This document shows, in pieces, positions 1 to 11,169 of a stretch of DNA of 64,000 nucleotides (position 1 is its first letter; each line of letters opens with the position of its first letter). Both the position numbers and the translations under genes were made by a program. The DNA comes from Eledone cirrhosa (taxonomy: Eukaryota), in contig OZ024740.1 of assembly GCA_964016885.1 (NCBI GenBank), forward strand, positions 41,106,001 to 41,170,000, read 5' to 3'. A model generated the notes under the pieces. That model worked only from the letters and a program-made list of their open reading frames with translations, did not search any database and was not told the DNA's origin.

Positions 1-168
1 AAACTGATAAACGAAGGAGCACTATAACAGCTATAACAACATTCATTAACATCAACAACAAAAACAAGAAATAATGAAATATAAACTCCTGTTGTATGTT
101 ATATAAACATTGTTATTCTGTTTTTTTAAAAGTAAATTCTATCTCTATGTTTACTCAATCCATCCATG

Positions 169-206
<38 letters not shown>

Positions 207-330
207 ATGTATGTATATATGTTTGTATATCAAAGAGAATTTGTGAAATAGAATATTTTAGATTTTGTCATTGGAACAATTTCTTAAGTAACAATATATA
301 TATATATATATATATATAAAGAAGAGAGAC

Positions 331-403
331 GGTTTTAAATGTACATCCTCTGTTTGTTATATAATCCTGTTATATAACAAACAGAGGATGTACATTTAAA
401 ACC
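331..403. repeat. Perfect hairpin, 34-bp arms, 5-nt loop
   Basis: 331-364 GGTTTTAAATGTACATCCTCTGTTTGTTATATAA is the exact reverse complement of 370-403. Confidence 0.95.
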
Positions 404-752
404 ATATCTCTTTATAGTATCGACACATGTGTATGTATGTGTATATATATATATATATGTATAGGTGTATGTATGTATGTATGTATGTATGTATGTATGT
501 ATCTATAGGTGTATGTATGTATAGGTATATGTATGAATGTATGTGTGTGTGTGTATATATATATATATATACATGTATATACATATATATATATATGTAT
601 ATGTTTAAATGTTTGTGTATGTATATATATATATGTGTGTGTACATATGTGTGTATATGTGTGTATGTGTGTGTGTATATGTGTGTGTATGTGTGTGTGT
701 ATATATATGTGTATGGATATGTTTGTATGTATGTAGGTATATATATATATAT

Positions 753-1202
753 AAACAATGAGTTATTTGGTTTGTTGATTATTCAACAAAGTTAATTTTA
801 CAACAGATTAGAAGCACTCAACAACATTTTATCTGGAGTATCATTAATATCAATAATATTAATAAATGTAAAATATCTATATAAAATCATATTTATTTTA
901 TTATACGTATTTCAAGGGTACTAATATTTAAGTACGCTTTCGTCAGATAAAATATAATAATTGGTGTAAAGATAGTGACATATCTTCATGTGAACTTCAT
1001 GTTATAAGTTCATTGAGGATAGTTATATAGTTATATACTTATACCATTAAGTTCACATGAAGATATGTCACTATCTTTACACCAATTATTATATTTTATT
1101 TGACGAAAGCGTACTTAAATATTAGTACCCCTTCAAATACGTATAATAAAATAAATATGGTTTTATAAAGATATTTTCCATTTATTAATATTATTGATAT
1201 TA
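753..1202 (-). mobile_element. Penelope-like pLTR fragment with inverted partial copy
   Basis: Inverted arms 845-997/1049-1202; 753-990 is the reverse complement of the family at 22770-22990 that follows a PLE RT remnant; contains an HHR. Confidence 0.8.
894..954 (-). ncRNA. Minimal type I hammerhead ribozyme
   Basis: Minus strand: TATTTTAT-CTGACGA-aagcgtac..gtaccctt-GAAA-TACGTA-TA^-ATAAAATA; 8-bp stem I, palindromic stem III. Mirror copy 1092-1153 (+) has core mutations. Confidence 0.85.
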
Positions 1203-1354
1203 TATATATATATATATATGTGTATGGATATGTTTGTATATATGTATATATATATACATATATATGTACATGTGTATGGATATGTTTGTATATATGTATA
1301 TATATATATATATACATATATATGTACATGTGTATAGATATGTTTGTATGTATG

Positions 1355-1403
<49 letters not shown>

Positions 1404-2150
1404 ATATGCTTGTATATAAGCTGAGAAATATGTGATGAAAAAATTGATGGTCAATAAGAATCGGGTGCTGAAATATTTTTGTTTTGGAGGTGAATATTAC
1501 ACCAGTTTCGCTTCATGGGTGAATATTACGCCGGTTTCATTTTTAATGTGTAATTTGTATTTTCTATTGTTTTTGATATATTTTGAATGAATATAGTCTT
1601 GGAAATTGGTAAAAAATCATTATGTAATGGATTTGTGAATCAAAACCGTACACTAAACGACATTTTAAACATTTTAAATATCAAAATATTAAAACTTCAT
1701 AAATATATTCTCCACTCATGAGAATTTCAAAACTGCACCATATAAAGATAATGTCTTGATTAGCTGCCTTGGTTTATAAACAGGCTTTGGATTTTTGCCT
1801 ATTTCTCAGACATAAAATAGGGGGTTGGCTTATATTTGAGTATATATGGTATAAGTGAAACTCTTTTGTATTAGTACTCTACCTGAAGGAGACTTTGCAT
1901 AAGTTATTCTATGTTTAGATCTCTGATTTAGATATTCTTTAGCTATCCTTTCCTTAAATGTTCAGTATATTAGTGACAAATAACCTTCTGTGTGATATTT
2001 ACTACTCCTTAATTGTTGATTTGCTATAGACAGGTCTATGGGTGCTATTTCTAGCATCATTGTGAACCCATCATATTCTTCTTGATATGCAGATAGTCAT
2101 GTAGTTGGTCTAACTACGCATATATGTAATTTATACATCACACAGGTTTC

Positions 2151-2670
2151 TTAACCCTTTAGCATTTAAACCGGCCACATCCGGCCAGAATTCTCTCACC
2201 TCTTTCTGTTCAAACCAGCTGTAACCGGCAACTAATACCGACATTAAGGTATTGTTCTCAAAATAAATAATATCAAAATAATATAAAAATCTCATAACTT
2301 CGATATTATGGGAAATAATTATGAGGTAAAGCCTTTACGATGAAAATACAGTAGTAAATATAGAGTAATATAAATGTTATATGAGATATTATATAAGGTA
2401 AAACCATGAAAATACAGTAGTAAATATAGAGCAATATAAATGTTATATGAGATATTATGTGAGGTAAAGCCTTTACCATGAAAATACAGTAGTAAATATA
2501 GAGTATTGTAAATGTTATATGAGATATTATGTGAGGTAAAGCCTTTACCATGAAAATACAGTAGTAAATATAGAGTAATATAAATATTATATAAGATATT
2601 ATGTGAGGTAAAGCCTTTACCATGAAAATACAATAGTAAATATAGAGTAATGTAAATGGTAAAGGGTTAA
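2151..2670. mobile_element. piggyBac-like MITE containing ~72-bp tandem repeats
   Basis: TTAA|CCCTTTAGCATTTA ... TAAATGGTAAAGGG|TTAA; internal units recur at ~2323, 2393, 2461, 2533, 2605. Confidence 0.75.
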
Positions 2671-2723
2671 TGATAAACTCTGTTTACTAACAGGTGAATA
2701 TTATTTTTTTAAACTTCCAAAGA

Positions 2724-2820
2724 AATCCCCTGATGAAGGAATCTTCTTCCAATATTGCTTATCTTAATTTATCAAGATGGTCAATATTGTTTCTTGATTC
2801 CAGAAACTGCAGTTAGAGAC
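2724..2820 (+). ncRNA. Hammerhead ribozyme motif, long stem II, decayed stem I
   Basis: CTGATGA 2730-2736; nested GGAATC/GATTCC, CAATATTG/CAATATTG, ATCTT/AAGAT; GAAA-CTGCAG-TT. Confidence 0.6.
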
Positions 2821-3120
2821 AAGATGTAGGCTATCTTGTATTACTGGGCTCTACTAGTACTCTACCCATTGGAGACTTTGCATTAGTTATTCTATATTTA
2901 TATGCTTCTCTGATTTAGATATTGTTTTAGCTATCTTTTCATTGAGATGTTCAGTATATTAATGATAAATAACCTGTAATGTATATATATATATATATAT
3001 ATGTTTATTTTATTAAGGCTAAATAGTGAGTCTTGTTACTCTGGGGCCTTAATAAAATGAATATTAAAACTCTACTTTGGTACTGAGTACTCTTTTCTCT
3101 CAGCTGTCAACCACATATAG

Positions 3121-3153
<33 letters not shown>

Positions 3154-3802
3154 CACACACACATTGGTTTATACCTCTCTCTATACCCACTCTGCATCTT
3201 CTCATGCATTGAGTACCCCCACAATTTGTGGTCTCCCCGGTCTCAGCACCACACACACACACACTCTCCCCCTCTCGCTCTCTCTCTCTCTATATATATA
3301 TATAAATATATATGAAGGAAATAAAAAAAAACATTTGTTTATTCCACAAAGCCCCTAAAACAAACAACAAAATACAATAAAAGGGAACCCATGAAATATT
3401 AATTCTTCTTGTAGTTAGTGTTTAATGAAGCTGTTCTAATGAGACCAACACTGTTTTTCTGTTGTTTTATTATGACTTTCATTTAAATGAGTTAGTCTTA
3501 ATAATTTCTTTTTATCTGATATAATTTCCTCTTAACACAAATTGAGGTATTAACACACACACACACACACAAATAATAAATATACATATTTTTACTGTTA
3601 CTACAAATGAAAAAAATTATGGATAAATTTAATTGTGTAGCTGTTTCTGCTGCTGTGTACTTTTGAGTACTATCTCAAGTATATATTTATGTAAATAAGA
3701 TACATGGTTAATACCTTCTATGTGATACATTTTAGCTGACAAATCTTTTTTTTATTGTTTTTTTATGGATGACATATTCATCCAGCAATTGGGTTTTGAG
3801 AT

Positions 3803-4060
3803 AAATCCAGTGTACTCCTCCATAATCCACTATATATTTTACAGATCAATCCAGTGGACTGGTCCATAATCCACTGTATGTCTTACGGATCATTTCAGTG
3901 GACTGATCCATAATCCACTATCTCTCTGATTGATCAATCCAGTGGACAGGTCCATAATTCACTGTATATCTCTCACAGATCAATCCAGTGGACTGGTCCA
4001 TAATTTACCTTATCTCTCTAATTGATCAATCCAGTAGACTGATCCATAATTCACTTTGAT
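3803..4060. repeat. ~43-bp minisatellite, about 6 copies
   Basis: Recurring GATCAATCCAGTGGACTGGTCCATAATCCACT. Confidence 0.9.
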
Positions 4061-4754
4061 TGATCTATATCTCTCTGATAGATAAATCAATTCACAAGAA
4101 ATGTTAATGTCTCATAGATGTTTTAATCCAATTGTCAGAGGTTATCTAAAACTTGAGCGCCTGAGAAAACTTTCCAGATTCTGGTGCCTAAAATGGTGTA
4201 AATCTGCAGTGGAATCAAACTTGAACCAGAGGAATTTAGTCATAAATATTTCCTGACAACTGCAGAAACTTTGTTCAATGTATGTGCTGGCTTTAGTTTT
4301 AAAAAGGATATAACATTTTTCATTTCCAACTTTGCATATCAACATATATTATGGTTGTTAAACAAATGGTTGTGCATATATAGAGAATGCATTGTGTGTG
4401 TGTATGTGTGCATGCATGTGTGTGTGTGCATGTATGAAATAAAGAGATGATGTAATACATGTATTTAAAGTAGTAAAAGCTAACTTATAATGCACTAATT
4501 ATTTTGGTAAACCGCAAAAGAATCATACATTTTCATGAATTCTTCCTCCATCGTTCAGGTTTTATACCCATATATAATAAATTTTATGTAATCTATATTT
4601 TCTCTTTTTTTCCCTTTTAACAAAATGAAACCCTATTTCCTAACAGGTGACAACTGCCACATAGCAAGAAATAAACTTTCTATGAACTAAATTCATAATT
4701 TTATTTAAATTTACTTCCATTGTTAATGCACTTTGGAAAGTCATAAATATTCAT

Positions 4755-5445
4755 TATCATCATTATTTAATGTCCAATTTCTCTGTTAGCTAGGGTTGGA
4801 GGGGTCTGAACAGACCGAGTCAGTACTGAAGTGGCTTTACTGACATTCCAGACTGACCAGGAGTCCACATCTTGCTTACATACGTTCCTACGCTCTACTA
4901 AGTGCATATTATTGTGGCACCAGCACTAGGGAAGTCATGTTTTGACACAACTGAAGGGTACAATCTAACACTTTTCTTTGTCAAGTTTTCTATGACTGGA
5001 TGCTCTTCCTATTACCAACCACTTTACAGCATGTAGTGGGTGTATTTATCATGTAGATCTCCAACACTAGGGATGTTGTCATGTGGGTGGGAGAGGGAGA
5101 AGAAAAGGGAGGTAAGCATGAAGTTATGGATGTATGATGTGTAATTTGACAGTGATGAGTTCAGTTTAGTAAGAAAGAAACCAATTCTTTCTGATCTGAT
5201 TAAAGGAAAGCTGAACTATAACGATTGCTATTCCAGATTTCATTGTTTTCATGGCTATTTTTGTTATGGATATATATTGTTTATATGGGCATGTGTATCT
5301 AGTTTAGAATAGGTACACAATGTCTCTGCATGTCATAAGAAGTGACTAAAAAGATTGGTGTTAGGAAGGGCTATAAAACATTGTCTCAAAAATTCTCATA
5401 ACCCATGCCAGCATGGAAGAGTTGATGTAAAAACGATGATGATGG
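4755..5445. mobile_element. Decayed RTE-type 3' UTR fragments (4755-5070 minus, ~5320-5445 plus)
   Basis: TTAGGAAGGGC / ACCCATGCCAGCATGGA motifs and (GAT)n tails resembling the RTE 3' ends at 10.4 kb and 17.5 kb. Confidence 0.55.
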
Positions 5446-5479
5446 GCAGAATATAATAAAATAGGAGGAAATGTCTCCT

Positions 5480-5960
5480 GAGTACAATTTCCAAACAATT
5501 TTATCCAAAATTTCCCCAGTTTGATTATAAGTAAGTTTGATAACATCTGATATTGAATATCATCTTATTTATTGTTTCTGTCTACAACAAAGTATGAAAT
5601 GTCATCAACATATTTCCTCCATTTAGCCTTGTGTGTTGTCATTACATTCAGTTTTATCTATGATTGATATTACGACCATTTTAAGACCTGGTCTCTCCAT
5701 CTACAATTGGGGTATCCTTATTTTCTTTTTCCATTTATCATACCCTCCAGACAAGATTTTAGTGAGACCACAAGTTGTGTGTTTGATGTGGTCAAATAGT
5801 TCGAGAGAGTTTCTATTAATTTTATTAAAATTATTAAAATGTGTTTGTTGTGTCATTTCTCATAGATGTAATACTTTAACTGTATCAGTAGTTAGGTGTT
5901 TACAAGTAATAAATCTCATGACATGGTTCTGAAATACTTTAATTTTTTTGAAGTTGTTTT
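5480..5960 (-). pseudogene. Decayed retroelement fragments (PLE-like KWRKYVDD at ~5600-5625; RTE-like C-terminus 5680-5960)
   Basis: Manual translation of the minus strand; many stops and frameshifts. Confidence 0.4.
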
Positions 5961-5989
5961 TGCAAACCAGATCACACAGTCAATACATA

Positions 5990-6530
5990 TATAAATACAG
6001 GACAATGTTAAAATATATGACCTCATCATCCTGGCAGGTGACTGCAATGGACATGTGGGGCAGTTCCAGGACGGATTCATGGAGTTCACAGTGACTATGG
6101 TTATGGCTCAAGAAATGAAGAGGGATTGAGACTCTTGGAATTATGTGATGCAAAAGACCTAACCATTTGCAACACATAATTCAGGAAACCATCTAGCCAC
6201 CTGATCTCATCTGAATCAAGCAAACACAAAGGCCAAATTGACTACTTACTTGTTAGACAACAAGAAAAACAGACTGCAATAAATACTAAGGCCTTCCCTG
6301 GGGAGGAATGCACTGCTCAACACAAGTTAGTTATTGGTGACATTAAAATAAGCACAAGACAACAGGACATGCAGAAAAATATAGAGATGGAGGGTCTGGG
6401 AGCTAAAAGACCTCTTGATTAAATATAAGTTTAGAAAGGTTCTACAGGATGCATTTGATGAGAGAAGTGACAAGCTAGTACCTGTGATGTGGAAGACCAC
6501 TGGAAATTCTTACATGACATCCTTTTGTAC
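5990..6530 (+). pseudogene. RTE LINE AP-endonuclease fragment
   Basis: IILAGDCNGHVG, QIDYLLV and ECTAQHKLVIGD motifs homologous to ORF 14253-15131. Confidence 0.85.
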
Positions 6531-7378
6531 ACAGGGAGAAACAACTTCTTTCATCCTATCCTTATTCTAGCTATTATGCTCTCAGAGAATTTTTCTCTGC
6601 TGTTAATTAGGTTTCCTAGATAGCAGGTGCTATCAACCACTTCTATGGCCCCTTCTGACTCGAAGAGGTTTATATCAATGACGCTCTTCCCCTCAATTAC
6701 TCCTTTGCATCTACATACAAAGTCTTCCTCTCCTGATAGTCTATTCGTTATCACACTAGATCTCTTGGGTACCCAAGATTTGTATTGTGTACATTGTATG
6801 GAGTTTATGCCTATTCCTTTTCTGCATATTGAGCAGAGCCACTTCCCTGAGGGATCAGGGTTCTACTTTCCTACTCATTAGCACTTTAGTTTTGACTAAG
6901 TTTACTCTCAGGCCTTTTGATTCCAAATTCTGTTTCCATAGTCGGAACTTATTCTCTAGTTCTTTTATGGATTCAACTCTAAGGACCAAATCATCTGCAT
7001 AAAGAAGTTTCCATGGACAGCCATGTGTATATGGTTTGCACTGCTCTCACAAGCCATTCTTCTACACCTAATTTGTTTAAGAACCACAGATAATAGATTG
7101 AGGTACTCTGTCAAAGGCCTTTTCTAGATCAACAAAAGCTAAATATAATGGCTTATTCTTGGCTAGGAACTTCTCTTGTAGTTGCTTCACTAAAGAGAGG
7201 GTATCTGTAGTTCTTTTTTCAGGTATAAAACCAAACCGCATCTCATCTAATTTGACTTTCTCTAATTAGTTGCACTATAACTTTTAATCACGTTCATAAC
7301 TTGGTCCATTAGTTTTATTCCTCTATAGTTGCTCCTTTCTAGAGCATCACCTTTGCCCTTGTAGCAATTTACGATTAT
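6530..7378 (-). pseudogene. RTE LINE reverse transcriptase fragment
   Basis: Minus-strand motifs homologous to 11323-12963 (AFVDLEKAFDRVP, PWKLLYADD, CYLG). Confidence 0.9.
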
Positions 7379-8770
7379 ATAATGAAATTATTGTGTATAG
7401 TGCTCAGGTGCACTACAACTCATCAAAGGTGCATGTATAGTTATAGATAATGTGCAAATGTCAGGAAAATGAATAGTGTACGAGTCATGAAATACATGTG
7501 TGCGTGTGTATGGAGGGGGGGGGGGGAATCAGGTGTAGTGTTGGCGAATCTCAGGAAGCATGGAGGTTTTAAAGGATGCAGTGTCTCGACAGCTAATAAC
7601 TGATGCAGTTTGTTCTGTGCTTCAGCAACTCTGAGCCTGAAAAAATGTTTTCAAAAGTCATGGGAGCTGTGCTGTTTTCTGACTTTGTAGGCATGCCCAT
7701 GTGTGTTAGACACATGGAAATCAAAAAGGTACTCAGGGTTGTTGATGGCAAGATGGTTAATAATTTTGTGGGTGTTTACCAAGTCAGTTGCCAGACGTCG
7801 GAGCTTCAATGTATCCAGCCCAGGGAAGCAAGGCGTTCAGAGTATGGTAGATGCCTGATGGAGGGTATTTGCTTGGTTGCATGTCCCTGAACAGTTTCCA
7901 GGCAGTCAATGTTCTGAACAAGATAGGGGTTTCAGACTGATGATGCAAATTCTAAGTGTGGCTGCACCATAGCTGTATACAGCTTTAAATAGATAGCTGG
8001 AGAGCGGCTGACAAAAGTCTTGCTGAGTGATGCTAAGACACCCTCGGCCTTCTTGACAATTTTAGAGACGTGCTTCATCCAACGCAAATCGCTGCTAACA
8101 GTAATGCCCAGGTCACGGTCACAAGTAGACTTCTTGATATTAGTGTTGTGGAGGGAGTATGTGGACGCTGGGTTTTTCCTCCCAAAATGCATGGTGGTGG
8201 TACACTTGTCCACAGCCAGCTAGAGTTGCCAGTCCATAATCCATTGTTGCATTGTGTCCAGGTCAGATTGCAGGAAAGATCTATAGTGTTAAGGATCTGT
8301 CCTTTTTATCTCAAGGTACAGCTTGATGTCATCTGCATATTTCAGTACTGTGGCATTCTTTAAGTTGGCATCTATGTCATTAATATATGCCACAAACAAA
8401 AGGGGGCCAAGAACAGATCGCTGTGGTACACCAGATGACATCTCATATGGTGAGGAATGCTGTCCTAGAACCGTGACTACCTCTCTTCGACAGACATCCT
8501 GGTGATGTCTTCAAGGAACTCGATAAATTGATCACAGCAGCTGGAGTTAGGGATAAGTCCAAATTGCGAGGGCCGGATGAGACTGTGAGAGTTTCAGAAG
8601 TTTGAGAGTGTTTCTCTGACACAGGATTCCATCAGTTTGGCAATACAGCTAGTAAGACTGACTGGACGATAGTTGACAGGAAATGTGTGGTCACCTTTTT
8701 GAACAGAGGAATGACACTGACAGTTTTCCACTGCTTTGGAGTAGCACCGTTGTTCAGACAGAATTGAAAG
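7378..8770 (-). mobile_element. CR1-group LINE, 5'-truncated and internally deleted
   Basis: NYRPVSLTS, YADD, RDLGITVSSDLRW, LYTAMVQPHLEFASSV; 3' UTR matches 47561-47815. Confidence 0.85.
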
Positions 8771-9124
8771 AAGCATAAACACACATATATATATATATTT
8801 TTTTATTTAGAAAGTGAACAACACAAAATATAACTACTCCATTACCAAAGGTTTCTGGATCACAGACAATAATAATCTGTCTGGATTGGTCGTCAGACAG
8901 AGATGTTCTGGATAAAAAATATGAAATGAGATTTAAAATCTGTTAAAAATTGGAAGTGAGGCTGGAAATATAACGGGAAATATACATAAGAAAAGAAGGG
9001 TAAGAAAAATAATATATAAAAGTATATAGCAATATAGAAAAAGACGTGTGTGCATACATATATACACACATTCAGATAAAAATTAAATATATATATATGT
9101 ATGTAAAAATTAAATATATATATA

Positions 9125-9222
9125 TCATCATCATCATCATCTTATGTCCGCTTTTCCCTGCTTGCAAGGGTGGGACGGGTCTTATTCAGCACAACACCTC
9201 TCCACTTGTCATGGTCCTTCGT
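9125..9222 (-). mobile_element. Short 3' end of RTE subfamily B
   Basis: Reverse complement of 12885-12978 with (GAT)n tail. Confidence 0.85.
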
Positions 9223-9266
9223 ATGTATTAAATATATATATGTGTATGTCCGTTTACATGTATGTT

Positions 9267-9323
<57 letters not shown>

Positions 9324-9438
9324 ATATATATATGTATATATACATACATGTATATATATATACACAAACATACATGGACATACACATATACACACATATA
9401 TACACAGACACACACACATAAATACATATACATAGACA

Positions 9439-10550
9439 CAAAGTGTGGGTGCATAAAAGATGTAGTGGGATCACAGGTAAACTAACCAAGAACATAGATT
9501 TTATATGTGGCCGGTGCTCAGGTGCAATAAGTAGCAGCAAGTGCCCACAGAATACTAGCTCCTTCCATTGCCCAGATGGTTCTATAGAAATAGTAGACAC
9601 CTTCCGTAACCTAGGTGACAAAATCAGCAGTGGGGGAGGGTGCTCTGAAAGTACAGTAGCTAGAGTCAGAATGGGATGGAAAAAGTTCAGAGAGCTTATA
9701 CCACTATTGGCCGCTAAAGGGTTCTCCCTAAAAATGAAAGGCAGACTGTATGATGCCTGCATACGAACAGCAATGTTACATGGCAGTGAGACCTGGGCAT
9801 TGTGTGCAGAGGATATACGCAGACTGGAGAGGAATGAAGCTTGCATGCTCCGCTGGATGTGTAATAGTAATATACGTGAACGGCAAAGCATAAACGAACT
9901 AAGTGAGAAATTAGGAATAAGAGGGATCAGATGCTGTTTACTCGAGAGAAGACTACGTTGGTATGGTCACGTGATGTGTATGAAAGACGACAGGTGTATA
10001 AAAAAGTGCAGGCCGATCAAAATAGATGGAAGCTACGGAGTAGGCAGACCCAGAAAAACCTGGGACGATTTGATAAATTCTGACCTCACACACTTACACC
10101 TCTCCAAGACAATGTCACTGGACCGAGATCTTTGGCGCTACGCAATAATACAGAAGACCCGCCTTGCCTAAGTACAAAGCGAAACCTACAGTCAGTAGGC
10201 TCCTCCTAACCAAAAATACACCCCACCGGACTACCCTTACCCCCACCCCATCTACACCTAAAGTTATGTCTGTGCCACAACATCCAGTCCTAAATAAATG
10301 AGGTCATGTAGGTGTCACAACAAAAAAACACACAGTCCACGCTGTAATGTGGCCGTGTAGGTAACACAGTAAAAACCTCCCAGTCCACACTGTAAATGTG
10401 TTTGGTGTTAGGAAGGGCATCCAACCATAGAAAACCCGCCAGACAATCCTATAGTAGCAAGACAACCAATCTTGCGTCACGTGGGACAACTCCCGTCTAA
10501 ACCCATGCTAGCGTGGAAGATAGACGTTTAACGACGATGATGATGATGAT
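9439..10550 (+). mobile_element. RTE LINE 3' fragment (subfamily A), ORF 9443-10171
   Basis: Closely similar to 16550-17650; RRLRWYGHV and GRPRKTW motifs; 3' UTR ending in (GAT)n. Confidence 0.92.
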
Positions 10551-10587
10551 TCAGGACCCCCGACAGCTAAATCCGAACTGAATCTTT

Positions 10588-10855
10588 GTATTACATTGTC
10601 CTGTATTACTTGTTTGACTCCTACTTCCGATGCTTTCAGCATCTCAGCAGTTATCTCTGACAGATCTGCAGATTTACCATTCTTCTTTGACCCTGTAACT
10701 CTCAACTTCAATAGCTGATCCCTCTGTTGGGAAGTTGGGGTAGTTTCTCTTCCCACCATTCATTCTCTACATTCATCAATCTCTCACAGTAACATATCCA
10801 GGCATCTTTCTTTTCGAATATATAAATATTCCCTGTCTTTACAGTGCAGACACTC
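10588..10855 (-). pseudogene. RTE fragment (pre-RT region)
   Basis: YCERLMNVENEW and KNGKSADLSEITAEMLKAS motifs. Confidence 0.8.
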
Positions 10856-10871
10856 CATATATAATATATAT

Positions 10872-10942
<71 letters not shown>

Positions 10943-11087
10943 TCAGATAGGGCGTGGTAAAAAACCAGGTGGACCATAACACACCAGAGTACTTGATACT
11001 TAGGTAGTAGAGTGGGTAATATGAAAAGATTCAGTTCGGATTTAGCTGTCGAAACGGCCGGAGCTCAGCCATCGGGGTCCTGAATCT

Positions 11088-11165
<78 letters not shown>

Positions 11166-11169
11166 CACG

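Noticed and set aside
2320-2660. 72-bp repeats as a CRISPR array or repeat protein (ORFs 2306-2633)
   Set aside because: Contiguous tandem units without spacers inside a MITE; a unit length divisible by 3 explains the ORFs
3803-4060. CRISPR-like repeat with variable gaps
   Set aside because: Gaps are ~10 nt and related to each other; eukaryotic context; no cas genes
4118-4280. Possible host exon ending in a GTATGT donor
   Set aside because: No recognisable protein; stops in candidate frames; no partner exons
5990-7378. Twin-priming inversion of one RTE
   Set aside because: The fragments converge tail-to-tail and lack the 3' end, which is not the geometry twin priming produces
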